64,000 nt of DNA from Betaproteobacteria bacterium. Lineage in GTDB: Bacteria; Pseudomonadota; Gammaproteobacteria; Burkholderiales; SG8-39. The position numbers and the translations under genes were made by a program. Below are positions 1-9,943 of the stretch, one piece after another. The notes beneath the pieces are model-generated. The model was given only the letters and a program-made list of their open reading frames with translations. It made no database searches and was not told the origin of the DNA. The stretch's first letter is position 1. Every line of letters begins with the position of its first letter. The stretch lies in the NCBI GenBank assembly GCA_052386675.1, contig JBQTJX010000019.1, positions 81,498 to 145,497 on the forward strand, read 5' to 3'.

Positions 1-2
1 CC

Positions 3-848
3 ACGCGCATGCCGCAGTTGCAGCGCGCGGTGGCGGAGTTCTTCGGCCGCGACCCGCTCAACAACCTGGACCCGGACAAGGTGGTGGCGCTGGGCGCCGC
101 CATGCAGGCCAACGTGCTCGCGGGCAACCAGCCCGAAGGCGGCGACTGGCTGCTGCTGGACGTGATCCCGCTCTCGCTGGGAATCGAGACCATGGGCGGC
201 CTGGTGGAGCGGATCGTGCCGCGGAACTCGACCATCCCGACCGCGCGCGCGCAGGAATTCACCACCTTCAAGGACGGCCAGACCGCGATGGGAATCCACG
301 TTGTGCAGGGCGAACGCGAACTCGTGTCTGACTGCCGGTCGCTGGCGCGCTTCGAACTGCGCGGCATTCCGCCTCTGGCGGCCGGCGGTGCGCGCATCCG
401 CGTCGGCTTCCAGGTGGACGCCGACGGCCTGCTGTCGGTGAGCGCGCGCGAGCAGTCCACCGGCGTCGAAGCCTCGATCACGGTCAAGCCGTCCTACGGC
501 CTGGGCGACGCCGAAATCGAGCGCATGCTGCGGGATTCCTTCGAGCACGCGCGCGAGGACATGCACGCGCGGGCGCTGCGCGAGCATCGCGTCGAGGGCG
601 AGCGACTGGCGGACGCGGTGCGCGGCGCCCTTGCCGCCGACGGTGGCCTGCTGGCGCTGGAGGAGCGCGGCGAGATCGACCGGCTGCTCGCGGCGCTGCT
701 GGCGGTACTGCCGGTGGACGATGCACGCGCCATCAAGCGCGCGTCCGACGCCCTCAACCGCGCCACCGATTCCTTCGCCGCGCGCCGGATGGACGAGGGC
801 GTCAGGCGCGCACTTTCCGGGCGCAGCGTCGCCAACCTGGATCTCTGA
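3..848 (+). CDS. hscA: Fe-S cluster chaperone HscA, C-terminal part (5' end outside window)
   Basis: Frame is open from the window edge. Hsp70-type substrate-binding and lid region ([23 protein letters not shown]). Followed directly by fdx and iscX as in isc operons. Confidence 0.9.
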   Translation, partial: TRMPQLQRAVAEFFGRDPLNNLDPDKVVALGAAMQANVLAGNQPEGGDWLLLDVIPLSLGIETMGGLVERIVPRNSTIPTARAQEFTTFKDGQTAMGIHVVQGERELVSDCRSLARFELRGIPPLAAGGARIRVGFQVDADGLLSVSAREQSTGVEASITVKPSYGLGDAEIERMLRDSFEHAREDMHARALREHRVEGERLADAVRGALAADGGLLALEERGEIDRLLAALLAVLPVDDARAIKRASDALNRATDSFAARRMDEGVRRALSGRSVANLDL

Positions 849-1195
849 TGCCGAAACTGACGGTGCTGCCGCACGCCACGCTCTGCCCGCAGGGCGTGGA
901 GATCGACGCCGCCGAGGGCGAAACCCTGTGCAACATCCTGCTCGCGAACCACGTCGACATCGAGCACGCCTGCGAGAAGTCCTGCGCCTGCACCACCTGC
1001 CACGTCGTGGTCCGTGCGGGATTCGATTCCCTGGACCCGGCAGAGGAGAAGGAGGAGGACCTGCTCGACAAGGCCTGGGGGCTGGAGGGGACTTCCCGGC
1101 TGTCCTGCCAGGCGCGCATGCGCGGCGCAGACCTTGTGGTCGAGATCCCGAAATACACCATCAACTACGAGCGCGAAGGCGGCGGCCGCAAATGA
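848..1195 (+). CDS. fdx: ISC-type [2Fe-2S] ferredoxin
   Basis: 115 aa with cysteine pattern CEKSCACTTCHV plus a distal Cys. The ATG overlaps the hscA TGA by 1 nt. Confidence 0.9.
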   Translation: MPKLTVLPHATLCPQGVEIDAAEGETLCNILLANHVDIEHACEKSCACTTCHVVVRAGFDSLDPAEEKEEDLLDKAWGLEGTSRLSCQARMRGADLVVEIPKYTINYEREGGGRK

Positions 1196-1398
1196 AATGG
1201 ACCGATTCGCGGGACGTCGCCATCGCCCTGGCGGAGAAGTTTCCGGACCGGGACCCATCGAGGGTGAATTTCGTCGACCTGCGCGACTGGGTGCTGGCGC
1301 TGGAGGGCTTTGACGACGACCCGGGGCGCTCGGGGGAGAAGATCCTCGAGGCCATCCAGATGATGTGGATCGAGGAGGCGGATTCCGGGGGGAGTTGA
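1192..1398 (+). CDS. iscX: Fe-S assembly protein IscX
   Basis: 68 aa acidic protein (MKWTDSRDVAIALAEKFPD...). ATGA overlap with the fdx stop. Canonical position after fdx. Confidence 0.85.
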   Translation: MKWTDSRDVAIALAEKFPDRDPSRVNFVDLRDWVLALEGFDDDPGRSGEKILEAIQMMWIEEADSGGS

Positions 1399-1431
1399 GC
1401 TATCCTAGGGGCTCAATCAGGAGAGCCTCGC

Positions 1432-3000
1432 ATGAATTTCAAGCGCACGCTGTTCGCCTTCCTCGCCGCCACCTCGCTGTCGGCCGCCGCGCAGGACCTG
1501 TCCATCGGCCTGTCCACGCCGGTGACGACCATGGACCCGCATTTCCACAACCTGACGCCCAACAACTCGATCGCCAAGCACATCTTCGAGACCCTGGTGC
1601 ACCAGGACGACCAGCAGGCCATGCGGCCCGGCCTGGCCGAGAGCTGGAAGGCCCTGGACGACACCACCTGGGAGATCAAGCTCCGGAAGAACGTGCGCTG
1701 GCACGACGGCTCGCCGTTCACCGCCGAGGACGTGCTGGCGACACTCAAGCGCATCCCGAACGTGCCCAACAGCCCGGCTTCGTTCGCCATCTACACCCGG
1801 CCGATCTCCGACGCGAAGGCGAAGGACGCGCACACCGTGATCCTGACCACGCGCGCGCCGCATCCGCTGCTGCCCAACGACCTCGCCACCATCCACATCA
1901 TTTCCGCGAAGATGGCGGGCATGGGGACGCCGGACTACAACTCCGGCAAGGCGGTGAACGGCACCGGGCCCTACAAGTTCGGCGAATATGTGTCGGGCGA
2001 CCGCGTGGTGCTGGTGGCGAACGACAAGTACTGGGGCCAGAAGCCTGCGTTCCCGAAGGTTCGCTTTCGCATGATCACCAATTCCGCGGCGCGCGTCGCG
2101 GCGCTGCTGGCGGGCGACGTGCAGATGATCGAGGCGGTGCCCACCGCGGACATCGCGAAGCTGAAGAAGGATGCGCGCGTCTCGCTCGCCTCCACGGTAT
2201 CCAACCGCATCATCTACCTGCACATGGACTCCGGGCGCGAGAGCAAGTCGCCCTTCGTCACCGACGCCGCCGGCAAGCCGATGGACGCCAACCCGCTGCG
2301 CGATCCGCGCGTGCGCAAGGCGCTTTCGATGATGATCGACCGCAACGCCATCGCGTCGCGCATCATGGAGGGCGAGGCGAAGCCCGCCGGCCAGTTCCTG
2401 CCGGAGACCTTCCACGGCACCAGCAGGCGCCTGGCGCCCGAGAAATACGACCCCGACGGCGCGAAGAAGCTGCTCGCGGCGGCCGGTTACCCGAATGGCT
2501 TCGGCATCACGCTGCACACGCCAAACAACCGCTACATCAACGACGAGAAAATCGCGCAGGCTGTGGCGCAGTTCCTCACCCGTGGCGGCATCCCGACCAA
2601 GGTGGACGCCATGCCCTCGGCGGTGTTCTTCTCGCGAGGCTCGAAGCTGGAGTTTTCCTTCCTGCTCGCAGGCTGGGGCGCCGGCACCGGCGAGAACAGC
2701 TCGCCGCTGCGTTCGCTGGTAGCCTCGTTCGATCCGAAGCTGGGCAACGGCGCGGCCAACCGCGGCCGCTTCTCGGACGCCGGCGTCGACGCCATGATCC
2801 ACACCGCGCTCACGACCATCGACGACACCAAGCGCGGCCTGATGCTCGCCGCCGCCGCCGACAAGGCGATCGGGGAGCTGACGGGCGTCATCCCGCTGCA
2901 TTTCGAGGTCAGCACCTGGGGCGTGAAGAAAGGTCTTGCCTACAAGGCGCGGGTGGACCAGTACACCCTCGCGCACGAAGTGACCGCGGCGAAGAAGTAA
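1432..3000 (+). CDS. ABC transporter substrate-binding protein, family 5 (peptide/nickel, DppA/OppA-like)
   Basis: 522 aa with a signal peptide and SBP_bac_5-like sequence. SD-like CAGGAGAG lies upstream. Followed by 2 permeases and 2 ATPases. Confidence 0.85.
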   Translation: MNFKRTLFAFLAATSLSAAAQDLSIGLSTPVTTMDPHFHNLTPNNSIAKHIFETLVHQDDQQAMRPGLAESWKALDDTTWEIKLRKNVRWHDGSPFTAEDVLATLKRIPNVPNSPASFAIYTRPISDAKAKDAHTVILTTRAPHPLLPNDLATIHIISAKMAGMGTPDYNSGKAVNGTGPYKFGEYVSGDRVVLVANDKYWGQKPAFPKVRFRMITNSAARVAALLAGDVQMIEAVPTADIAKLKKDARVSLASTVSNRIIYLHMDSGRESKSPFVTDAAGKPMDANPLRDPRVRKALSMMIDRNAIASRIMEGEAKPAGQFLPETFHGTSRRLAPEKYDPDGAKKLLAAAGYPNGFGITLHTPNNRYINDEKIAQAVAQFLTRGGIPTKVDAMPSAVFFSRGSKLEFSFLLAGWGAGTGENSSPLRSLVASFDPKLGNGAANRGRFSDAGVDAMIHTALTTIDDTKRGLMLAAAADKAIGELTGVIPLHFEVSTWGVKKGLAYKARVDQYTLAHEVTAAKK

Positions 3001-3013
3001 GCCGGGGACGGAG

Positions 3014-3988
3014 GTGACGGTCTACGTCCTGCGGCGCCTGGCGCAGACGCTGCTGGTCCTGTTTGTCACTTCGGGGCTGGTGTTCGGCGGCCTGTACCTG
3101 GTCGGCGACCCGGTCGAGATCCTGGTCAACCCGCAGGCCGACCAGGAGGAGCGCGCCCGCACCGCCGCCGCGCTCGGCCTGGACCGGCCGGCGCTGGAGC
3201 AGTACGGGATCTTCCTCAAGGGCGCGTTTACCGGCGACCTCGGCAAGTCGTTTGTCTTCGGACGCTCGGCGCTGGAAGTCATCATCGAGCGCATGCCCGC
3301 GACGCTCGAGCTTGCGTTCCTCGCCATGGTGATGTCGGTGGGGCTGGGGATTCCGCTGGGCCTCTATGCCGGCCTGCGCCCGCACGGTTTCGCCGCGCGC
3401 TCCATCATGGCGGGATCGATCCTGGGCTTCTCGCTGCCGACGTTCTGGGTCGGGCTGCTCCTCATCATGGTGTTCGCGGTGCAGCTTGGCTGGCTGCCTT
3501 CCACCGGCCGCGGGCCGACCACCGAGTTCCTGGGCGTGCAGGTCTCGATCCTGACCTGGGAAGGGCTCCGCTACGCGCTGCTGCCGGCGCTGAACCTGGC
3601 GCTGTTCAAGCTATCGCTCATCATCCGCCTGACGCGGGCGCAGGTGCGCGAACAGTCGCTGCTTGACTACATCCGCTTCGCGCGCGCCAAGGGACTCAGG
3701 CGCACCCGGGTGATCGGCGTGCACCTGCTCAAGAACATCCTCATTCCGCTCATCACCGTGATCGGCCTGGAGCTGGGCTCGGTGATCGCCTTCGCGGTGG
3801 TGACCGAGACCATCTTCGCGTGGCCGGGAATGGGCAAGCTGGTGATCGACTCCATCTTCCAGCTCGACCGCCCGGTGGTGGTGGCCTACCTGCTGGTGAC
3901 GGTGTTCATGTTCATCGTCATCAACCTGGTGGTCGACCTGCTGTACTCCGCGCTGGATCCGCGCGTGCGCATCGCGGAGGTGAAATGA
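3014..3988 (+). CDS. ABC transporter permease (DppB/OppB-like)
   Basis: 324 aa multi-TM protein with N-terminus MTVYVLRRLAQTLLVLF typical of DppB. GTG start. Confidence 0.85.
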   Translation: MTVYVLRRLAQTLLVLFVTSGLVFGGLYLVGDPVEILVNPQADQEERARTAAALGLDRPALEQYGIFLKGAFTGDLGKSFVFGRSALEVIIERMPATLELAFLAMVMSVGLGIPLGLYAGLRPHGFAARSIMAGSILGFSLPTFWVGLLLIMVFAVQLGWLPSTGRGPTTEFLGVQVSILTWEGLRYALLPALNLALFKLSLIIRLTRAQVREQSLLDYIRFARAKGLRRTRVIGVHLLKNILIPLITVIGLELGSVIAFAVVTETIFAWPGMGKLVIDSIFQLDRPVVVAYLLVTVFMFIVINLVVDLLYSALDPRVRIAEVK

Positions 3989-4001
3989 CGAAAGGCACGC
4001 C

Positions 4002-4907
4002 GTGAGCGCCGTCCTGCCTGCCGCGGAACCGGTCCCGCAGACGCCGTTCCGGCGCTTCCTCGAGGATTTCTTCGAGTCGAAGCTTGCCACGCTCGGTTTT
4101 GCGGTGCTGGCGGGGATCGTGCTGGTGGCATTGCTCGCGCCGCTGGTCGCGCCGCAGAACCCTTACGACCTCGGCAAGCTGGACCTGCTCGATGCGCGGC
4201 TTGAACCCGGGGCGAAGAGCATGGCCGGCATGACCTACGTACTTGGAACGGACGGGCAGGGGCGGGACATGCTCTCGGCGATCCTCTACGGCCTGCGCGT
4301 GTCGCTCTATGTCGGTGTGGTCAGCGGCATCATCGCGCTCACGCTGGGCGCACTGACCGGCGTGCTCGCGGCCTACGCCGGCGGGCGCATCGAGCAGTTC
4401 GTGATGCGGGTGGTGGACATCCAGCTGGGCTTCCCGGCGATCCTGGTGGCGCTGATCCTGCTCGCGGTGCTGGGCAAGGGCGTGGACAAGATCATCATCG
4501 CGCTGGTGTGCGTGCAATGGGCTTACTACGCCCGCACCGCGCGCTCCGCGGCGCTGGTGGAGCGCAGCAAGGAGTACATGGAGGCGGCGCGCGGCCTGGG
4601 GCTCTCCGGCGCGCGCATCGTGCTGCGCCACCTGCTGCCCAATGCACTGCCACCGCTGATCGTCGTGGGCACGGTGCAGGTGGCGCACGCCATTGCGCTG
4701 GAGGCGACGCTGTCGTTTCTCGGCCTCGGCCTGCCGACCACCGAACCCTCGCTCGGCTTGCTGATCGCCAACGGCTATGAATACCTGATGTCGGGCAAGT
4801 ACTGGATCAGCTTCTACCCCGGCGTGGCGCTGCTGGTCACCATCCTCGCCATCAACCTGGTGGGCGACCAGCTGCGCGACGTGCTCAATCCTCGCCTGGC
4901 AAAGTGA
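4002..4907 (+). CDS. ABC transporter permease (DppC/OppC-like)
   Basis: 301 aa multi-TM protein with the BPD_transp_1 EAA-type loop (EAARGLGLSGARI). Confidence 0.85.
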   Translation: MSAVLPAAEPVPQTPFRRFLEDFFESKLATLGFAVLAGIVLVALLAPLVAPQNPYDLGKLDLLDARLEPGAKSMAGMTYVLGTDGQGRDMLSAILYGLRVSLYVGVVSGIIALTLGALTGVLAAYAGGRIEQFVMRVVDIQLGFPAILVALILLAVLGKGVDKIIIALVCVQWAYYARTARSAALVERSKEYMEAARGLGLSGARIVLRHLLPNALPPLIVVGTVQVAHAIALEATLSFLGLGLPTTEPSLGLLIANGYEYLMSGKYWISFYPGVALLVTILAINLVGDQLRDVLNPRLAK

Positions 4908-4914
4908 AGGCGGC

Positions 4915-5892
4915 ATGACCGCGGTGCTGGAAGTCCGCGACCTGGTCACGGAGTTTGCCGGGCGCGAGGGCCGCCTGCGCGCCGTGGACGGCGTCAGCTT
5001 CAACCTCGAGCGCGGCGAGATTCTCGGGCTGGTGGGGGAGTCCGGGTCCGGAAAATCGGTGACCGGCTTCTCCATCATGGGCCTGGTGGACGCGCCCGGT
5101 CGCATCGCAGGCGGCAGCGTGAAGTTCGACGGCATGGAACTGGTCGGGATGGCGGACGGCGACCTGCGCCGGCTGCGCGGCAAGCGCATCGCCATGATTT
5201 TCCAGGACCCGATGATGACGCTCAACCCGGTCCTGTCCATCGAGACGCAGATGCTGGAGACCGTGCTCGCGCACGACGCGGTGTCGCGCGACGAGGCACG
5301 CCGGCGCGCCGTCGAGGCGCTGGGCCTGGTCGGCATTGCCTCGCCGCAGGAGCGCCTGGCGCAGTATCCGCACCAGTTCTCCGGCGGCATGCGCCAGCGG
5401 GTCGCGATCGCCATCGCGCTGCTGCACCGGCCGGACCTGATCATCGCCGACGAGCCCACCACGGCGCTGGACGTGACCGTGCAGGGCCAGATCCTCTACG
5501 AGATGCAGCGCCTGGTGCGCGAGTCGGGCGCGGCGCTGGTGTGGATCACACATGACCTCGCGGTGGTGGCCGGGCTCGCCGACCGCGTCGCCGTCATGTA
5601 TGCCGGGCGCATCGTGGAGCAGGGCAGCACGGCCGAGGTGCTGGACGCGCCTCTGCATCCATATGCGCGCGGCCTGCTGGATTCGGTCCCGGCGGCCAAC
5701 ACCACTGGCGGGCGGCTGCGCCAGATTCCCGGCATGACGCCGTCGCTGGCGCACCTGCCGGCGGGCTGCGCTTTCCGCGATCGCTGCGATCATGCCGACG
5801 ACGCCTGCGGCTCGATTCCGCAGATCACCCTCAAGGCATCGCGCCAGGTGCGCTGCCACCATCCCCTGTCAGCCAGGGCGGTCGCCGCATGA
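4915..5892 (+). CDS. ABC transporter ATP-binding protein (DppD/OppD-like)
   Basis: Walker A GESGSGKS, signature FSGGMRQR, Walker B IIADEPTTALD, and an oligopeptide C-terminal domain with a Cys cluster. Confidence 0.9.
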   Translation: MTAVLEVRDLVTEFAGREGRLRAVDGVSFNLERGEILGLVGESGSGKSVTGFSIMGLVDAPGRIAGGSVKFDGMELVGMADGDLRRLRGKRIAMIFQDPMMTLNPVLSIETQMLETVLAHDAVSRDEARRRAVEALGLVGIASPQERLAQYPHQFSGGMRQRVAIAIALLHRPDLIIADEPTTALDVTVQGQILYEMQRLVRESGAALVWITHDLAVVAGLADRVAVMYAGRIVEQGSTAEVLDAPLHPYARGLLDSVPAANTTGGRLRQIPGMTPSLAHLPAGCAFRDRCDHADDACGSIPQITLKASRQVRCHHPLSARAVAA

Positions 5893-6869
5893 GCAAGCCG
5901 ATGCTCGAGTTCCGCGACGTGACCAAGCGCTTCGAGAAGCGCCTGGACGCCATCGAGCGCTTCGCCCTGCGCCTGGGTGCCGGCGTCGCCGGCCACGTCG
6001 TGCATGCGGTGGACCGCGTTTCCTTCGAGGTGAACGAGGGCGAAGTGGTCGGCCTGGTGGGCGAGTCCGGCTGCGGCAAGTCCACGCTTGGGCGACTCGC
6101 CTGCGGCCTGCACTCGCCGACCAGCGGCGGCGTGCAGTACAAGGGCGAGCCGGTGAACGGCAAGCCTGTGCGCGCGGTCCAGATGATCTTCCAGGACCCG
6201 TTCTCCTCGCTCAACCCGCGCATGCGAGTGGAGGACATCGTGGGCGAGGCGCCGCGAGTGCACGGCCTGGTGCCCGCCGCCGACATCCCGGACTACGTCG
6301 CGCAGCTCCTGCGGCGGGTGGGACTGGATCCGTCCTATCGCCGCCGCTACCCGCACCAGTTCTCCGGCGGCCAGCGGGCGCGCATCGGCATCGCCCGGGC
6401 GCTGGCGGTGAAGCCCGATTTCCTGGTCTGCGACGAGGCGGTGGCCGCGCTGGACGTGTCCATCCAGGCGCAGGTGCTGAACCTGTTCATGGACCTGCGC
6501 GAAGGCCTGGGACTGACCTATCTCTTCATCAGCCACGACCTGGGCGTTGTCCGTCACCTCTCGGACCGGGTCGTGGTGATGTACCTCGGCCGCGTGGTCG
6601 AGAGCGCGCCCACCGCTGAACTGTTCGCGAAGCCGAACCATCCCTATTCCCAGGCCTTACTGGCGGAGGTGCCGCGGCTGGACCGCAAGAACCGGAGCTT
6701 CGCGCCCATCAAGGGCGAGATTCCCTCGCCGCTGGCGCCGCCGCCCGGCTGCCATTTTCATCCACGCTGTCCCCACGCCATGCCGCGCTGCGCTCAGGAA
6801 GCTCCGCCGCTGCGCGAAATTGCACCGGGGCGGCTCGCCGCCTGCTACCTGAACGAGAAACCCTCATGA
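5889..6869 (+). CDS. ABC transporter ATP-binding protein (DppF/OppF-like)
   Basis: Walker A GESGCGKST, signature FSGGQRARI, Walker B LVCDEAVAALD. 4-nt overlap with the upstream ATPase gene. Confidence 0.9.
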   Translation: MSKPMLEFRDVTKRFEKRLDAIERFALRLGAGVAGHVVHAVDRVSFEVNEGEVVGLVGESGCGKSTLGRLACGLHSPTSGGVQYKGEPVNGKPVRAVQMIFQDPFSSLNPRMRVEDIVGEAPRVHGLVPAADIPDYVAQLLRRVGLDPSYRRRYPHQFSGGQRARIGIARALAVKPDFLVCDEAVAALDVSIQAQVLNLFMDLREGLGLTYLFISHDLGVVRHLSDRVVVMYLGRVVESAPTAELFAKPNHPYSQALLAEVPRLDRKNRSFAPIKGEIPSPLAPPPGCHFHPRCPHAMPRCAQEAPPLREIAPGRLAACYLNEKPS

Positions 6870-7513
6870 CCGAGTTGGCCCAGTACTATGCCAGGCGCGC
6901 CTCGGAGTACGAGCGCATCTACGCCAAGCCTGAGCGCCAGGCCGACCTCTCGGCGCTGCGCAGCCGCATTGGCAGCATGTTCGCCGGCCGCAAGGTGCTG
7001 GAGCTTGCCTGCGGCACCGGCTGGTGGACGCCGGTGATCGCGCAGTCCGCGGCGCAGGTCACCGCGCTGGATCTGAACGAAGAGGTGCTCGAGATTGCCC
7101 GCACCAAGGACCTGCCCGCGGGCAGGGTGGAGTTCGTCAAGGGCAGCGCATTCGAGCTGCCGGACTTCGGGCGGCGGCACGACGCCCTGTTTGCCGGATT
7201 CTGGTGGTCGCATGTTCGGCTGGAGGAACTCGATGCGTTCCTTGCGTCCGCCGTGTCCGCGGTCGCCCCCGGTGCGCTGCTGGCTTTCCTGGACAACCGC
7301 TACGTCGAGGGCTCGAGCACGCCGGTCTCGCGCCGCGATGCGCAGGGCAATGCCTTCCAGACGCGCAAGCTGGCCGATGGCAGCAGCCACGAGGTGCTGA
7401 AGAACTTCCCCGAGACCGGCGAGCTTGTCGGGCGCGCCTTGCGCTGCGGCACGGACGCGCACGTGGACCTGCTGGAGCACTACTGGCTGCTCAGCTTCCG
7501 GGCTCCGAAGTGA
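6866..7513 (+). CDS. class I SAM-dependent methyltransferase
   Basis: 215 aa with motif I VLELACGTGWW. ATGA overlap with the ABC ATPase stop. Confidence 0.75.
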   Translation: MTELAQYYARRASEYERIYAKPERQADLSALRSRIGSMFAGRKVLELACGTGWWTPVIAQSAAQVTALDLNEEVLEIARTKDLPAGRVEFVKGSAFELPDFGRRHDALFAGFWWSHVRLEELDAFLASAVSAVAPGALLAFLDNRYVEGSSTPVSRRDAQGNAFQTRKLADGSSHEVLKNFPETGELVGRALRCGTDAHVDLLEHYWLLSFRAPK

Positions 7514-8343
7514 GCGCCGTGTTCGACATCCGCGGCCCGAGAACGCCGGCGATCCCTCTGGTGCTGGATTCGCCGCACTCGGGCAACCGGTTCCCGGACG
7601 ATTTCGGCGCCATGGTGAGCGAGGCCGAGTTGCGCGAAGGCGAGGATTGCTTCGTGGACGAACTTTATGCCGCCGCGCCTGAGATCGGCGCGCCGCTGCT
7701 TGCCGCGCGCTGGCCGCGCACCTACCTGGATCCCAACCGCAACGTGGGGGATGTTGACCTCGATCTGATGGACGGGCCCTGGCCCTGGGAATACGTGCCC
7801 AGCGGCAAGGCGAAAGTCGGCAAGGCACTGCTGTGGCGCACGCTCGAGGACGGAAGGCCCATCTATCCGCGCCGCCTGTCGCCGTCGGAAGTGCGCGGCC
7901 GCATCGATCGCTGCCACGCCCCGTACCACGCCGCCATCCGCGAACTGCTCGACGCCTCGATGCAGAAATTCGGCAAGGTCTGGCACATCAACTGCCATTC
8001 CATGCGCGGCACCGCCGGCAAGCAGAGCGAGGACGGGGAGGGCAACGTGCGCGCCGATTTCGTCCTCGGGGACCGCGATGGCACCACCTGCGAGCCGGCG
8101 TTCACCGAACTGGTGCGCCGGACGCTGTCCGGGATGGGCTACTCGGTCAAGGTGAACGATCCCTACAAGGGCGTCGAGCTGGTGCGCGCCTATTCGGATC
8201 CGAAGGCGGGCCGCCACAGCCTGCAGATCGAGATCAGCAAGCGCCTGTACATGGACGAGGCCGCGCTCGCGAAGAGCGCCGGCTTCGACAAGCTGCAAAA
8301 GGACCTGACCACGCTGCTGGAGGAAATTCGCAAAGCCCTATGA
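7510..8343 (+). CDS. N-formylglutamate amidohydrolase family protein
   Basis: GTG start overlaps the upstream stop (GTGA). FGase-family blocks LVLDSPHSG, RTYLDPNR and WHINCHSM. Confidence 0.75.
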   Translation: MSAVFDIRGPRTPAIPLVLDSPHSGNRFPDDFGAMVSEAELREGEDCFVDELYAAAPEIGAPLLAARWPRTYLDPNRNVGDVDLDLMDGPWPWEYVPSGKAKVGKALLWRTLEDGRPIYPRRLSPSEVRGRIDRCHAPYHAAIRELLDASMQKFGKVWHINCHSMRGTAGKQSEDGEGNVRADFVLGDRDGTTCEPAFTELVRRTLSGMGYSVKVNDPYKGVELVRAYSDPKAGRHSLQIEISKRLYMDEAALAKSAGFDKLQKDLTTLLEEIRKAL

Positions 8344-9305
8344 ACACGAAACAGACCACAGGCCACTATCCCGTCGATCTTTCGCCGCCCGACATCGCGT
8401 CCTATCGGCAAGGCAATACCGGCGTCGACTACGTGCAGGTGCTGGATTCCGGAAGACCCGGGCCGAATGTCATGATCCAGGCACTGACGCACGGCAACGA
8501 AATCTGCGGCGCCATCGCGCTGGATTACCTGTTCAAGGAAGGCGTGAGGCCGGCGCGCGGCAAGCTCACGCTTGCTTTCGCCAACGTGGAGGCATTCGCG
8601 CGCTTCGACTACGACGACCCGGACCGCTCGCGCTATATCGACGAGGACTACAACCGCGTGTGGGCGGACGAGGCTCTGTTCGGCAGGCGCGATTCCATCG
8701 AACTGCGCCGGGCGCGCCAGTTGCAGCCCTTCGTGGACGCGGCCGACTACCTGCTCGACCTTCATTCCATGCACGAGCCCTGCCGTCCGATCATGGTGTG
8801 CGGAACGAGTGAAAAGAGCGCCACGTTTTCGCGCAAGCTGGGCGTCCCCGGTGACCTGCTCATCGACACCGGCCATCCGGCGGGACTGCGCATGATGGAG
8901 CGGGGCGGTTTCGGCGACCCGGCAAGTTCCCGGACCGCGGTGCTCATCGAGTGCGGGCAGCACTGGGAGAAGTCCTCCGCCGAGGTGGCGAAGGACACGG
9001 TGCTGCGCTTCCTCAAGGTCACCGGCGCGGTGGAGCCGGCCTGGGCCGATTCCCGGATCACCCTCGCGCCGCCGAAAGAGCAGCGCCTGGTTCGCGTCAC
9101 GCAAGCGGTGGTCGCAAAGTCCATGGCATTCAAATTCGCGTGGTCATTCAAGGGCCTGGAAGTGATCCCGAAGGCCGGCACGGTGGTCGCCACCGATGGC
9201 GATACCACCTGGAAGACGCCCTACGACAATTGCGTCATGGTGATGCCGTCGGTGAAGCACCTGAAACCGGGAACGACCCTCGTGCGTTTAGGTCGATATG
9301 ACTGA
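8340..9305 (+). CDS. succinylglutamate desuccinylase/aspartoacylase (AstE/AspA, M14-like) family protein
   Basis: 321 aa with metal-site-like QALTHGNEICG and DLHSMHE blocks. ATGA overlap with the upstream gene. Confidence 0.75.
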   Translation: MNTKQTTGHYPVDLSPPDIASYRQGNTGVDYVQVLDSGRPGPNVMIQALTHGNEICGAIALDYLFKEGVRPARGKLTLAFANVEAFARFDYDDPDRSRYIDEDYNRVWADEALFGRRDSIELRRARQLQPFVDAADYLLDLHSMHEPCRPIMVCGTSEKSATFSRKLGVPGDLLIDTGHPAGLRMMERGGFGDPASSRTAVLIECGQHWEKSSAEVAKDTVLRFLKVTGAVEPAWADSRITLAPPKEQRLVRVTQAVVAKSMAFKFAWSFKGLEVIPKAGTVVATDGDTTWKTPYDNCVMVMPSVKHLKPGTTLVRLGRYD

Positions 9306-9894
9306 CATGAAGTGGCTCCTTTCCCTCGCGCTGGTGCTATTGGCGCTTCCGGCATCGGCCCAGATCTACAAGTGGACCGACGCCCAGGGGCGGGTGCACT
9401 TCTCGAATCAGGCCCCGCCGCAGGGCGTCAAGGCCGTAGTCGTCGATCCGAACGCGAAGGAAGTGCCGCCAGCGCCCGCTGCCGAGGGCAAGGAATGCCA
9501 CACCATCCGCTGCCAGGGCGAGCGGCTGGAGGAGCGCGAGCGCCAGCGGGCCGCGGTGGAGCAGAAGGAAGCGGCGGCGCGCGCAGAGCGCGACGCCCGC
9601 GCGCCCAAGCCCCACAAGGGCCTGGCCTTCGCCAAGTACATCAGCATCCAGCGCGGCATGAGCGAAGGCGAACTGCTGGGCATCGCCGGCGAGCCCGACC
9701 TGCTTTCGGACCAGGGCGTTGCATTCGCCTCACCGGGAACCGTGCAGATGGCGCCGGGGGTGCGCAGGCCCGCGCGCACGGGCCTGTCGCTCAAGACCTG
9801 GACCTACATGCCCACCACGTCCGACCCCTTCACCACCACCATCACGCTCGTGGGCGGGCGGGTGTCCGAGATCGAGCGCGTGCGCAAGTTCTAG
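9298..9894 (+). CDS. DUF4124 domain-containing secreted protein
   Basis: Signal peptide followed by IYKWTDAQGRVHFSNQAPP, the DUF4124 signature. An alternative start is ATG 9307. Confidence 0.7.
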   Translation: MTDMKWLLSLALVLLALPASAQIYKWTDAQGRVHFSNQAPPQGVKAVVVDPNAKEVPPAPAAEGKECHTIRCQGERLEERERQRAAVEQKEAAARAERDARAPKPHKGLAFAKYISIQRGMSEGELLGIAGEPDLLSDQGVAFASPGTVQMAPGVRRPARTGLSLKTWTYMPTTSDPFTTTITLVGGRVSEIERVRKF

Positions 9895-9943
9895 CGCCCC
9901 GGCATCGCGCACCCCCTGCGCGATCTGCTACCCTGCGCGCCCC

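Noticed and set aside
1417-2976. 519-aa minus-strand ORF antisense to the peptide-binding-protein gene. Similar long antisense ORFs occur at 3921-5462, 4885-5862, 25011-27758, 28040-29281, 29715-30854, 31035-32396, 38420-39583, 45574-46758 and 52980-55028.
   Set aside because: Their translations are Arg/Ala/Gly/Pro/His-rich with no recognisable motifs. They mirror strongly supported genes on the other strand. These are typical shadow ORFs of high-GC DNA.
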